Positions 35,247 through 44,940 of a stretch of DNA of 64,000 nt are shown here, piece by piece. Numbering within the stretch: position 1 is the first letter of the stretch; each line of letters begins with the position of its first letter. The stretch comes from an uncultured Stakelama sp. GTDB lineage: Bacteria; Pseudomonadota; Alphaproteobacteria; Sphingomonadales; Sphingomonadaceae. Under the pieces are notes generated by a model. It saw nothing but the letters and a program-made list of their open reading frames with translations, made no database searches and was not told the DNA's origin. The stretch covers positions 111,944 to 175,943 of the forward strand of contig CAYUYZ010000001.1 of assembly GCA_964449575.1 (NCBI GenBank), in the 5' to 3' direction. The position numbers and the translations under genes were made by a program.

Positions 35247-36209
35247 TCATATGGCACCGCGATACCGCATCGCCACATCGCATCTCGCATAACGCGCGCC
35301 GTAATCGCGCATGATCTCAGCATCATGCTTGAAGCCGAGCTTTTCGTAGAGGTGGATGGCGGCGGCGCAGCGATGACTGGTGAGGAGATAGAGTTTTTCG
35401 ACGCGCATAGCCTCGGCACGGGCGATCGTTGCGGCGAGCAGATATTCGCCCGCTTTGCGCCCGCGCGCGCTTTCGCGCACGCCCATTTTGGTGAGTTCGA
35501 ATGCGCCTTCGCCAGTCTTTTGCAGCGCGCAGGTGCCGACGATGCCGAGTCCGGCGGCTTCGACGAACAGGATCGTGCCGCCCGCATCGACGATCCGCCC
35601 GCGCGGATCGCGCAGGACCTCGCGGTCAGTGTCCTCCAGCCGGAACATCGCCTCGATCCACTCGGCGTTGATGTCGTGGAAATCGCGCGCGAGATCGTCG
35701 GCGAATTCGTGGATTTTGAGGCCCGGTGTTGCATGCAGCGGGTTGGCGGCGAGGCGCGTTTCGATCGCGCCGATCTGGTCGAGCAGCGGGCCGCTCAGCC
35801 CCGCGAGCAGGTCAATCACTGCCGCCTCGACACGCGGCCACACCTCGATCCTTGCGCGGGCGAGCGCGGCAGTGCCGGCGGGGGTGAGCGACATATGCTT
35901 CTGGCGCTGGTCACCGGGTGCGCGCGCGCTGTCGACCAGCCCAAGCGTCACCAGATTGGCGAGCGTGCGCGTGATCGCGGGCTGGCTGAGGCCGAGCGTT
36001 TCGGCCAGCGCCGACACCGTCATCGCGCCCGCGCGGTCGAGCGTGGCGAGCAGCGGATACTGACTCGGCTGGATCGGCAACCCCGCCTCGGCGCTGATCC
36101 GGCTGACATCGGCTTGCATCCGTTCGGCAAGGCGCTTGAGGCGGCTGCCGAGGAAAAGTTCGCCGTGTTGGGTGATGATGTCTGGCATGGTCCTCTCCGG
36201 GGTTCCCAT
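35247..36209 (-). CDS. MarR-type HTH fused to GNAT N-acetyltransferase
   Basis: 320 aa. The N-terminal half is MarR-like (LSQPAITRTLANL). The C-terminal half is GNAT (RGRKAGEYLL...LYEKLGF). Confidence 0.8.
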   Translation of the reverse strand: MGTPERTMPDIITQHGELFLGSRLKRLAERMQADVSRISAEAGLPIQPSQYPLLATLDRAGAMTVSALAETLGLSQPAITRTLANLVTLGLVDSARAPGDQRQKHMSLTPAGTAALARARIEVWPRVEAAVIDLLAGLSGPLLDQIGAIETRLAANPLHATPGLKIHEFADDLARDFHDINAEWIEAMFRLEDTDREVLRDPRGRIVDAGGTILFVEAAGLGIVGTCALQKTGEGAFELTKMGVRESARGRKAGEYLLAATIARAEAMRVEKLYLLTSHRCAAAIHLYEKLGFKHDAEIMRDYGARYARCDVAMRYRGAI

Positions 36210-36266
36210 AGCAGGTTATATAACCTGCTATGGGAATTCAAGAGAGAGGGATTTGGTGAGTGCCTC

Positions 36267-36353
36267 CCCCCGTTCGTTTCGAGCGCAGTCGAGAAACAGG
36301 CCACAAGCGACGTCGCTCCGGGCCTGTTTCTCGACTGCGCTCGAAACGAACGG
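36267..36353. repeat. palindromic repeat family 2, full copy (perfect 33-bp arms)
   Basis: CCGTTCGTTTCGAGCGCAGTCGAGAAACAGGCC, an 18-nt spacer, then the exact reverse complement. Confidence 0.9.
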
Positions 36354-36408
36354 TGGAAGGTGGAAGGTGGAAGGTGGAGGGCGGACGGTGAAGGTAGAAG
36401 GAGTTGGG

Positions 36409-37464
36409 TTACTTCTTCATCGCTTCCAGCAGCCGCTTCACCTCTTGCGAGCGGCCTCTGGGCAGGATCAGCACGTCGTTGCCGCTCGCCACCACGATCA
36501 GGTCCGATACGCCGACCATCGCGATGCGGATGCCGTCCGAGCGGACGAGGCAGTCGACGGTGTCAAGCGTGACGACATCGCCCTTGCAGCTATTGCCATG
36601 GCCGTCACAGTCGCTCAGTGTGTGCAGCGCGTCCCAACTGCCGACATCACTCCACCCCATGTCGACGGGCACGCAGGCGACGCGGTCCGCCTTTTCCATC
36701 ACCGCATAGTCAATCGAATCGGCAGGGCTGGCGGCGAAGGCATCGGCGTTGGGATAGACGCGCGTGCCTTCATGCCGCGCACGGCTCATCGCCTGTTGCG
36801 TCGCGATCAGCATCTCGGGCGCGTGCTGGCCGAGCGCGGCGAGGTACATGTCGGCGCGGAACAGGAAAATGCCGCCATTCCAATAATGTCCACCCGCCGC
36901 GAGCATCGCCTGCGCGCGGTCGAGCGGCGGCTTTTCGACGAAGCTTTCGACGCGGTGGACGCCGGGCGCGATCTCGTCGCCGACATGGATATAGCCATAG
37001 CCGGTCTCGGGCGCGGTCGGCTGGATGCCGAACGTCACGAGCCAGCCTTCGCGCACCATCGGCAGCGCGCGTTCGATCGCGGCGTGAAAGGCGGGCACAT
37101 CGTCGATGACATGATCCGACGGCATGACAAGGATGGGGTCGGCGCCGCCCCCCGCCGCAATCGCCGCGAGGGCAATCGCCGGGGCGGTGTTGCGCCCCAT
37201 CGGCTCAAGGATCAGCGCCTGTGCCCCCGCTTCGATGCCCGCAAGCTGGGCTTCGACCAGATCGGCGTGAAAGGCATTGGCGACGACGATGGGTGCAGCA
37301 AACAGCGCATGCGCGGCGGTGCGCTGTGCGGTCAGTTGCAGCATCGTTTCGTCAGCCGTCAGCGGCAGCATCTGCTTGGGCATTTCGGGCCGCGACATCG
37401 GCCATAGCCGCGTGCCCGATCCGCCCGACAGGATGATGGGGATGATCGGTGCGGGCGTCGTCAT
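36409..37464 (-). CDS. manC: mannose-1-phosphate guanylyltransferase
   Basis: The product starts MTTPAPIIPIILSGGSGTRLWPMSR at 37464. 351 aa. The remainder of the 883-aa ORF upstream is a shadow extension. Confidence 0.88.
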   Translation of the reverse strand: MTTPAPIIPIILSGGSGTRLWPMSRPEMPKQMLPLTADETMLQLTAQRTAAHALFAAPIVVANAFHADLVEAQLAGIEAGAQALILEPMGRNTAPAIALAAIAAGGGADPILVMPSDHVIDDVPAFHAAIERALPMVREGWLVTFGIQPTAPETGYGYIHVGDEIAPGVHRVESFVEKPPLDRAQAMLAAGGHYWNGGIFLFRADMYLAALGQHAPEMLIATQQAMSRARHEGTRVYPNADAFAASPADSIDYAVMEKADRVACVPVDMGWSDVGSWDALHTLSDCDGHGNSCKGDVVTLDTVDCLVRSDGIRIAMVGVSDLIVVASGNDVLILPRGRSQEVKRLLEAMKK

Positions 37465-37623
37465 GAATGCTCTCCTAGGCCCGGACCCCTTAGCGGCATC
37501 AGCGCCAAAGGAAAACGCGCCACGCCCCAAAAGCGCCGCGCGGCCCCCTCGCAAATTTTTTCGAAGCGCCGCTGCCGATATGTCGGATTTGTTTACACCT
37601 GTCGCGCTAGACCGATCCTCGCG

Positions 37624-39012
37624 ATGATCAGGCTCTTCAAACATTATGTGCCGAACGCCGTGCTGCTGCTCGGCCTGTTCGATCTGATTGTGCTGGGCGT
37701 TGCCGCCGAGCTCGGCTGGGTGCTGCGCGCGGGACAGATCGGCATGATGGTCGATCCGATCGTGACGCGCTTGCCGCAGCTCGGCATTTTCATCGTCTCG
37801 CTTGAAACCGCGATGATCGCGGTCGGCGTCTATGGCCCCGGCGCGCTTCAGTCGATTCGCTTTGCCACCGCGCGGCTGATCGTCGCGGTGTCGCTCGGCG
37901 TGATCGTGCAAGCGACGATCTTCTTCCTGGTCCCTGATCTGACCTTCTGGCGATCGAACCTGCTTTACGCGATGGGCTTTTCGATCCTCGGGCTGATTGG
38001 CTTGCGCATCCTGCTCGGCAAGACGCTCGGCAGCCAGGCGTTCAAGCGGCGTATTGTTGTGCTGGGGGCGGGCACGCGGGCGCAGCGGTTGAAGACGCTG
38101 GCGCAGCGCCCCGGCTCGGCGTTTGTCGTCGTCGGCTATGTGTCGATGTCGGAAGCGAACCGGGTGATCCCCGAAGCGATTGCGCGCGACGCGATCTATA
38201 ACCTCGCCGACCATGTCGTGCTGTTGAACGCCAGCGAAGTGGTGCTCGCGCTCGAAGAACGCCGCAACGCGCTGCCGCTGAAGGACCTGCTGCGGATCAA
38301 GACGACCGGCGTCCATGTCAACGAAATCTCGACGTTCCTCGAGCGTGAGACGGGCCGCGTCGATCTCGACAGCGTCAATCCGAGCTGGCTGATTTTCTCT
38401 GACGGATTCTCCTCGGGGCGGATGTTGTCGAGCGCGTTCAAGCGGCTGTTCGATATCGCTGCCAGCCTGGTGCTGCTCGCGCTGGCCTTGCCGATCATCA
38501 TCGTCACCGCGATCATCGTGAAGGCCGAAAGCAAGGGGCCGGCCTTTTACCGCCAGCGCCGCGTCGGGCTGTATGGCGTCGGGTTCGACATCATCAAGCT
38601 GCGGTCGATGCGGCAGGACGCCGAAGTCGCGGGCAAGGCGGTGTGGGCCGAAAAAGATGACCCGCGCATCACCCGCGTCGGTCGCTTCATCCGCAAGGTG
38701 CGCATCGACGAACTGCCGCAGGCGTGGAGCGTGCTCAAAGGCGAAATGAGCTTCGTCGGCCCGCGCCCCGAGCGCCCGCAATTCGTCGACGATCTCGAAC
38801 AAAAGCTGCCCTATTATGCCGAGCGGCATATGGTGAAGCCGGGGATCACCGGCTGGGCGCAGATCAACTATCCCTATGGCGCGTCGATCGAGGACAGCCG
38901 CCAGAAGCTTGAATATGATCTGTACTATGCGAAGAATTATTCGCCCTTCCTCGACATCCTGATCCTGCTCCAGACGATCCGTGTGGTGCTCTGGCCGGAG
39001 GGTGCGCGGTGA
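37624..39012 (+). CDS. PEP-CTERM/exosortase-system-associated sugar transferase (TIGR03013-type polyprenyl glycosylphosphotransferase)
   Basis: 462 aa. The product starts MIRLFKHYVPN, has N-terminal TM helices, and carries a bacterial sugar transferase C-terminus (RPERPQFV, PGITGWAQI). Confidence 0.85.
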   Translation: MIRLFKHYVPNAVLLLGLFDLIVLGVAAELGWVLRAGQIGMMVDPIVTRLPQLGIFIVSLETAMIAVGVYGPGALQSIRFATARLIVAVSLGVIVQATIFFLVPDLTFWRSNLLYAMGFSILGLIGLRILLGKTLGSQAFKRRIVVLGAGTRAQRLKTLAQRPGSAFVVVGYVSMSEANRVIPEAIARDAIYNLADHVVLLNASEVVLALEERRNALPLKDLLRIKTTGVHVNEISTFLERETGRVDLDSVNPSWLIFSDGFSSGRMLSSAFKRLFDIAASLVLLALALPIIIVTAIIVKAESKGPAFYRQRRVGLYGVGFDIIKLRSMRQDAEVAGKAVWAEKDDPRITRVGRFIRKVRIDELPQAWSVLKGEMSFVGPRPERPQFVDDLEQKLPYYAERHMVKPGITGWAQINYPYGASIEDSRQKLEYDLYYAKNYSPFLDILILLQTIRVVLWPEGAR

Positions 39013-41048
39013 TCCTGTGGGGGCATGCGCTGGCGGCGTTGCTGTTCGGGCTGCTCGCACTGTCGCAGATCAGGCATGCGGCCGATGCCTTGCCGCGGCT
39101 CACTTTCGTGCTTGCGCTCGGCGCGACCGCGCTGTGGGCGCTGGCGGTGGCCGGGATCGGCAGCGTCGATCTGACCACGAACCTGCTTGAAGCATTGCGC
39201 GATCTTGGCTGGCTGAGCTTCATGTTCGCGCTGGTGCGGCGTGATGGGCGTGCGCCCGAACGCGCGGCGATCCAGATCATCTATGGCGTCGTCGCGACGA
39301 TCGTTTTGGCGAGCGGGATGCTGGCGATCGCCACTGCCGCGCTGCCGCCCGCTGATGCGCCCGTGTTGATGGCGGCGCGCGTGGTGTTGCAGATGATGGT
39401 GGCGGTGAGCGCACTGGTGCTGATCAATCACCTTTACGCTGCCGTCGCGCCGGGCGCGCGCGGGGGCATAAGGCTGGTGGTGGTCGCGCTTGCGGCGATG
39501 TGGTCGGTCGATTTGGCGCTGTTCGCGACGGCGTATGCCAGTGCGGGCTGGCCGGTGGGGCTGGTCGCGATGCGCGGACTGGCACTCGCCATGCTGGCCC
39601 CGATCTTTGCGCTGGCGGTGCATCGCAATGGCGACTGGACGCTGCAATTGTCGCGCACCGTCGCCTATCAGTCGCTGTCGCTGGCGGCGATTGCGCTGTA
39701 CGTAATCGCGATGGGCATGGCGACGAGCCTGCTCGCAACGATCGGCGGGCCGTCGGCGCGAATTGTGCAGACGGCGTTTGTGTTCGGCACCACCGCGGCG
39801 CTGTTCGCGATCCTGTCGACGCCGTGGCTGCGCGCCTGGACGCGGGTGAAGCTCGCCAAGCATTTGTTCGCGCACCGTTACGATTATCGCCAGGAATGGC
39901 TGCGCTTCACCGACACGCTCGGCAAGCCGGGTGAGGATGCCGCGCCGCTCGAAACGCGCATCGTCAAGGCGGTCGCCGACCTGACCGATTCGACCGCCGG
40001 GCTGCTGCTGGTGCGCGACGGCGTCGGGCTGGGGCAGGGTGCGTCGTGGCACTGGGACGGCGACAGCTTTGCCACCGATGGCGAGCTGCCGCGCTATCTG
40101 GAAGCGACTGGGCGGATCATTGCGCTCGACGCCGTCCGCAACGATGCCGCAACGCCCGAAGAAGCGCGCGCGGTCCCGAGCTGGATGGTCGACCGGGCGG
40201 ACGCCTGGGTGCTGCTGCCATTGCTCCATTTCGGCAAGCTGACGGGGGCGATCCTGCTCGCACGCCCGCCGATCGACCGCGCCCCCGACTGGGAGGATTT
40301 CGACTTGCTCCACCTCGCCGGCCGCCAGGTCGCGAGCTATCTGGCCGAAGCGCGCGCGCAACAGGCGCTGGCGGAGGCGCAGCGCTTCGACGAATTCAAC
40401 CGCCGTTTCGCCTTCATCATGCACGACATCAAAAATCTGGTGAGCCAGTTGAGCCTCGTCGCGCGCAATGCCGAGCGCCACGCCGACAATCCCGATTTCC
40501 GCGCCGACATGATCGCGACCTTGCAGGATTCGGCGGCGCGGATGAACGACCTGCTCGCGCGCCTGTCGCAGCATCACCAGACGCGGTCGGAAGCGATTGA
40601 GACGATCGATCTGGCGGCGCTGGTTGGGCGCGTCGCCGCGCGGCGCAGCGCGCAGCATCCGATCGTCACGGGCGGGGTGAGCGATGCGGTGGCCGCTGCC
40701 GATCCGGCGCGGCTCGAACAGATTCTCGACCATCTGCTGCAAAATGCGATCGAAGCGAGCCCGCCTGCCGATCCGGTCGCGCTGGTGGTCGGTGCCGATG
40801 GCGACAGCGTGCATGTCGATGTGGTCGATCACGGCGCGGGCATGAGCCCGGCTTTCGTGCGCGAGCGGCTGTTCAAGCCCTTTGTGTCGTCGAAAGTCGG
40901 CGGCTTTGGGCTGGGCGCCTTTGAGGCGCGCCAGTTGGCCGAGGCGATGGGCGGGAGCGTCGAGGTGGCGAGCCGCGAAGGTGAGGGCACGCGCTTTCGC
41001 GTGAGCCTGCCCGCCGTCGTCGCCCCTGCGCTGGGAGCAGCGGCATGA
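39009..41048 (+). CDS. prsK: PEP-CTERM system histidine kinase PrsK
   Basis: 679 aa with a multi-TM N-terminus, a GAF-like middle, the H-box FIMHDIKNLVSQL and an HATPase domain. It overlaps both neighbours by 4 nt. Confidence 0.8.
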   Translation: MILWGHALAALLFGLLALSQIRHAADALPRLTFVLALGATALWALAVAGIGSVDLTTNLLEALRDLGWLSFMFALVRRDGRAPERAAIQIIYGVVATIVLASGMLAIATAALPPADAPVLMAARVVLQMMVAVSALVLINHLYAAVAPGARGGIRLVVVALAAMWSVDLALFATAYASAGWPVGLVAMRGLALAMLAPIFALAVHRNGDWTLQLSRTVAYQSLSLAAIALYVIAMGMATSLLATIGGPSARIVQTAFVFGTTAALFAILSTPWLRAWTRVKLAKHLFAHRYDYRQEWLRFTDTLGKPGEDAAPLETRIVKAVADLTDSTAGLLLVRDGVGLGQGASWHWDGDSFATDGELPRYLEATGRIIALDAVRNDAATPEEARAVPSWMVDRADAWVLLPLLHFGKLTGAILLARPPIDRAPDWEDFDLLHLAGRQVASYLAEARAQQALAEAQRFDEFNRRFAFIMHDIKNLVSQLSLVARNAERHADNPDFRADMIATLQDSAARMNDLLARLSQHHQTRSEAIETIDLAALVGRVAARRSAQHPIVTGGVSDAVAAADPARLEQILDHLLQNAIEASPPADPVALVVGADGDSVHVDVVDHGAGMSPAFVRERLFKPFVSSKVGGFGLGAFEARQLAEAMGGSVEVASREGEGTRFRVSLPAVVAPALGAAA

Positions 41049-42394
41049 CGATGAAGAAACTGCTGATTGTCGAGGATGATCTGGGTCTCCAGCGGCAATT
41101 GCGCTGGGCCTATGAAGGCTATGAAGTGCTTGCCGCCGCCGACCGCACGACGGCAATCGACTTGCTGCGCGCCGAAGAACCCGATGTGGTGACGCTCGAC
41201 CTTGGCCTGCCGCCCGATCCCGACGGGGTGAGCGAAGGCTTTGCGACGCTGGCCGAGATTTTGCGGCTGAAGCCCGACACCAAGGTGATTGTCGCCTCCG
41301 GCCACGGCGCGCGCGAAAGTGCGCTGCGGGCGATCGGCGAGGGCGCGTGGGATTTCTACCAGAAGCCCATCGACATCGACGCACTCGGCATGATCGTGTC
41401 GCGCGCTTTCCATGTCCATGCGCTTGAGGCCGAGAACCGGCGGCTGGCGGCGCAAGCGGGTGGCGCGGTCGGGCTGGGCGGGATCATTTCGGCAAGCCCC
41501 GAGATGCTGAAGGTCACGCGCACGATCGAGCGCGTGGCCGCTGCCGATGTGTCGGTGATGCTGCTCGGCGCGAGCGGCACCGGCAAGGAATTGCTTGCGC
41601 GCGGGCTGCATGATGCGTCGCCCCGGCGCAAAGGCGCGTTCGTCGCGATCAATTGCGCGGCAATCCCTGAGACCTTGCTCGAAAGCGAGCTGTTCGGGCA
41701 TGAGAAGGGCGCGTTCACCGGCGCGATCAAGACCACCGAAGGCAAGATCGAGCAGGCACAAGGGGGGACTTTGTTCCTCGACGAAGTTGGCGACATCCCG
41801 CTGCCGCTCCAGGTCAAGCTGTTGCGTTTCCTGCAGGAGCGGGTGATCGAGCGGATCGGCGGGCGGAAAGCAATTCCGGTCGATACGCGGATCGTGTGCG
41901 CGACGCATCAGGATGTCGATGCGATGATCGCCGACGGGCGTTTCCGCGACGATCTGTACTACCGGCTGGCCGAGATTGTGGTGCGTATCCCCTCGCTTGC
42001 CGAACGACCGGGCGACGCGGTGCTGCTCGCGCGGCATTTTGTCGCCAAGCATGCCAAGGCAATGCATTCCGCCGTCACCGGCCTGTCGCCCGATGCTTGT
42101 GCGGCGATCGACGGTTGGAGCTGGCCGGGCAATGTCCGCGAGCTGGAAAACCGCGTGAAGCGCGCGGTGATCATGGCTGAGGGCAAGCTGGTCGCCGCCG
42201 CCGATCTCGACTTGCCGGGAGCGGCGGGCGCGCAGCCGATCAATTTGAAAGCGATCCGCGAAGCCGCCGATCGCGCGGCGATCAGCAATGCGCTGGCGCG
42301 CGCCGATGGCAATATCAGCAACACCGCAAAGCTGCTCGGGATCAGCCGCCCGACGCTTTACGACCTTTTGAAGAGCTATGACCTCCATGCGTAA
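41045..42394 (+). CDS. prsR: PEP-CTERM-box response regulator PrsR (sigma-54-dependent enhancer-binding protein)
   Basis: 449 aa. It has a receiver domain with VVTLDLGLPPDPDG, an AAA+ domain with GASGTGKE and GAFTGA, and a C-terminal Fis-type HTH. Confidence 0.88.
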   Translation: MTMKKLLIVEDDLGLQRQLRWAYEGYEVLAAADRTTAIDLLRAEEPDVVTLDLGLPPDPDGVSEGFATLAEILRLKPDTKVIVASGHGARESALRAIGEGAWDFYQKPIDIDALGMIVSRAFHVHALEAENRRLAAQAGGAVGLGGIISASPEMLKVTRTIERVAAADVSVMLLGASGTGKELLARGLHDASPRRKGAFVAINCAAIPETLLESELFGHEKGAFTGAIKTTEGKIEQAQGGTLFLDEVGDIPLPLQVKLLRFLQERVIERIGGRKAIPVDTRIVCATHQDVDAMIADGRFRDDLYYRLAEIVVRIPSLAERPGDAVLLARHFVAKHAKAMHSAVTGLSPDACAAIDGWSWPGNVRELENRVKRAVIMAEGKLVAAADLDLPGAAGAQPINLKAIREAADRAAISNALARADGNISNTAKLLGISRPTLYDLLKSYDLHA

Positions 42395-44438
42395 GTATCT
42401 GGTTCTGGGCGGCGTGGGTGGCCTTGTCGCGGCACTGGGGGCGGGGGCGCTGTGGATGGCGCGCGCGCCCGCCGCTGATGCCGCGCAGGCGAAGCATCAG
42501 CTTGCGGTCAGCCTGACGTTGCTCGAGCGCGGCAATGCGACGGCGGCGCGGAGCTGGGCGCTGAAGGCGACGCGGAACGACCCCAAATGGGGGCTGGCGC
42601 AGGCGGTGCTCGCGCGCACTTATCTGGCGCTGGGCGAGGGGCTGGCGGCGCAGGCGGCGCTGGGGCGCGCCAAGGATGCCGGCTTCGATATGGCCCGCAC
42701 CCACCAATTACAGGCCGAAGCGCTGCTGCTGCAGGGCCTGCCCGAACGCGCGTTGAAGGAAGCGCGCAAAGCCCCGCCGCGCTATGGCCGTTACGCGTTG
42801 CGCATCGCCGCGCGCGCGATGGCGGCGCAGGGCGATTTGCCGAGCGCGCAATTGCTGCTCGGCGCGGTGCTCGCCGATCAGGACGGCAAGGATGCCAATG
42901 CGTGGGTCGATCTCGGCCGCGTGCGTCAGCAGACCGGCGATGTCGGCGGCGCGATCGATGCCGCCACGCGGGCGCTCTCGCTCGACCGCCGCAATGTCGA
43001 TGCGCTCACGCTTCGTGGCGAGTTGGTGCGCGGGCAATATGGGCTGGTCGCCGCACTCCCGTGGTTTGAGGATGCGCTGAAGATCGATCCGTGGCGCTAT
43101 GGCACGCTGATCGATTATGCCGCGACGCTCGGCGATGCCGGGCGCTACAGCGACATGCTGCGCGCCAGCCGCCGCGCGCTGGCGGTGCGGCCGGGCAGTG
43201 CCGATGCGCTTTACCTGCAAGCGGTGATGGCCGCGCGGGCGGGGAATGACGATCTCGCGCGCGTACTGCTCCAGCGGACCGGCGGTGCGCTCGACGGGCG
43301 GCCGGGGCCGTTGCTGCTTTCGGGCATGATCGATTATGCCAATGGCGGCTATCAGCAAGCGGTCGAGAAATGGCGCGCGGTGGTGCGTGCAGCACCGATG
43401 AATCTGGTCGCGCGGCGGTTGCTCGGCGCGGCACTGCTCGACGGCGGCGATCCCAAGGGTGCGATCGAGGCTTTGCGCCCGGTGGCTCTCCGCAGCGATG
43501 CCGACAGCTATACGCTGCAACTCGTCGGGCGCGCATTCGAAGCGACCGGCGAGCGCGACTGGGCGGTGCGCTTCCTCGATCGCTCGGCGATTCCGGTGCA
43601 GGCGGCCGCCCTCCAGTTCGGCACTGACGATGATCTCGGCATACTGGCGCAGGCGGTCGATGACGCGCCCGGATCGCCGGTCGCGCGCGTCAATCTGGTG
43701 CGCGCGCTGCTGTTCAAGGGGATGACGGGCGAAGCGCTCGATCAGGCCAAGACGATCGTGCGTGCCTATCCGGGCGTGCCGCAAGCGCATCTGGTGCTCG
43801 GCGATACGCTGATGACGTTGAAGCGCTTCGACGAAGCGGCGAGCGCCTATGCTCGCGCCGCCAATCTGCGCTTTGATGAGGCAACGATGCTGCGCTCGGT
43901 CGAGGCGCTTGAGGCGAGCGGCAAGCGCGACAAGGCGGCAGTGGTGGTGGCGCTGTTCCTCGCGCAGAACCCCGGCAATGTCGCCGCGCGGCGGCTGAGC
44001 GCGCATTGGCAGATCGCGAGCGCGCAGTGGGATGCGGCGATCGACACGCTCGAAGGCCTGCGCGCCGACATCGGCAATCGCGACGCGGCGCTGCTGGCCG
44101 AACTGGCGCTGGCTTATGCGGGCGCGGACGAGAAAGAAGCAGCGGAACTGTACGCGGCGGCGGCCTATGAGCTGGCGCCGCTCAACCCCGCGGTGGTCGA
44201 TGCTTATGGCTGGGTCGCCTATCAGGCGGGCGGGACCGATCAGGCGGTCGAGCTGCTGCGCAAGGCGGTGGCAATCGCGCCGGGGCATGGCGGCTTGCGC
44301 TGGCATTTGGCGCAGGCGTTGGCGGAAGCCGGGGATGCGGGCGCGGCCAAGGCGAACATCGCGGCGGCGCTGGCCGATCCGGGGTTTGCGGACCGGGTAC
44401 CGGCAAAGGCTTTGGCGGTGGCGCTGGCGAAGGGGTGA
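42378..44438 (+). CDS. prsT: TPR-repeat protein, PrsT-like
   Basis: 686 aa with a signal/TM segment followed by continuous TPR-like repeats. It sits immediately after prsR. The start could be 42387. Confidence 0.7.
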   Translation: MTSMRKYLVLGGVGGLVAALGAGALWMARAPAADAAQAKHQLAVSLTLLERGNATAARSWALKATRNDPKWGLAQAVLARTYLALGEGLAAQAALGRAKDAGFDMARTHQLQAEALLLQGLPERALKEARKAPPRYGRYALRIAARAMAAQGDLPSAQLLLGAVLADQDGKDANAWVDLGRVRQQTGDVGGAIDAATRALSLDRRNVDALTLRGELVRGQYGLVAALPWFEDALKIDPWRYGTLIDYAATLGDAGRYSDMLRASRRALAVRPGSADALYLQAVMAARAGNDDLARVLLQRTGGALDGRPGPLLLSGMIDYANGGYQQAVEKWRAVVRAAPMNLVARRLLGAALLDGGDPKGAIEALRPVALRSDADSYTLQLVGRAFEATGERDWAVRFLDRSAIPVQAAALQFGTDDDLGILAQAVDDAPGSPVARVNLVRALLFKGMTGEALDQAKTIVRAYPGVPQAHLVLGDTLMTLKRFDEAASAYARAANLRFDEATMLRSVEALEASGKRDKAAVVVALFLAQNPGNVAARRLSAHWQIASAQWDAAIDTLEGLRADIGNRDAALLAELALAYAGADEKEAAELYAAAAYELAPLNPAVVDAYGWVAYQAGGTDQAVELLRKAVAIAPGHGGLRWHLAQALAEAGDAGAAKANIAAALADPGFADRVPAKALAVALAKG

Positions 44439-44465
44439 GGGGCTGGCCCCTCGCTCCCCCAAACC

Positions 44466-44551
44466 GTCACCCCGGCCTTGTGCCGGGGTCCACTGAGCCG
44501 CAGGCGGCATCGCTGGTGGAGGCGTGGGCCCCGGCACAAGGCCGGGGTGAC
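44466..44551. repeat. palindromic repeat family 1, full copy (23-bp perfect arms)
   Basis: GTCACCCCGGCCTTGTGCCGGGG ... CCCCGGCACAAGGCCGGGGTGAC. Confidence 0.9.
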
Positions 44552-44628
44552 GATGGGGTGTGATAGGGTTTGATGGGGCCGACGTCTCGTTAGGCGAACG
44601 TCCTAGATCGGTGGGAAGCTGCCGCCTC

Positions 44629-44832
44629 TTAGTCGTCAAGTTCGACGCGGACGCACGATACGAAAATGCCGGACACGCCCTCCTCGCGATGCCAAATCTC
44701 GACCACCTTATAGTAGTTGAAATAGCCGCCCATCTCTTTGGAGATGGTCTCTCCGAGGCGAGGAAAAAATGCAAAGTCGCCCACAAAGAGCGCTTTCAAC
44801 TCATCCTTCTCGTAAACTTCGACGCTCGGCAT
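44629..44832 (-). CDS. small hypothetical protein
   Basis: 67 aa from the ATG at 44832, preceded by GGGAGGAG. Low G+C, no recognised family. Confidence 0.45.
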   Translation of the reverse strand: MPSVEVYEKDELKALFVGDFAFFPRLGETISKEMGGYFNYYKVVEIWHREEGVSGIFVSCVRVELDD

Positions 44833-44940
44833 AGCGCTCCTCCCTAGGCCGTTTTGAAGCACCGGTGAGATGACCGCAATTCGGCGCTAGCCGCCATTCG
44901 GTTTCTGAGTTCGCAATCTAGCGGCGCTCGCCACTCTCCC

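Noticed and set aside
36136-37407. 423-aa plus-strand ORF across the family-2 repeat and opposite manC
   Set aside because: Its N-terminus reads through a palindromic repeat and the rest is antisense to a clear ManC homolog.
38937-41384. 815-aa ORF antisense to prsK
   Set aside because: This is the same situation. The plus-strand product has clear histidine-kinase boxes, and the minus-strand product is Arg/His/Pro-rich with no motifs.
42708-44786. 692-aa ORF antisense to the prsT-like gene
   Set aside because: It is a shadow ORF opposite a TPR protein that fits the prsK-prsR-prsT context. The translation is Arg-rich with no recognisable motifs.
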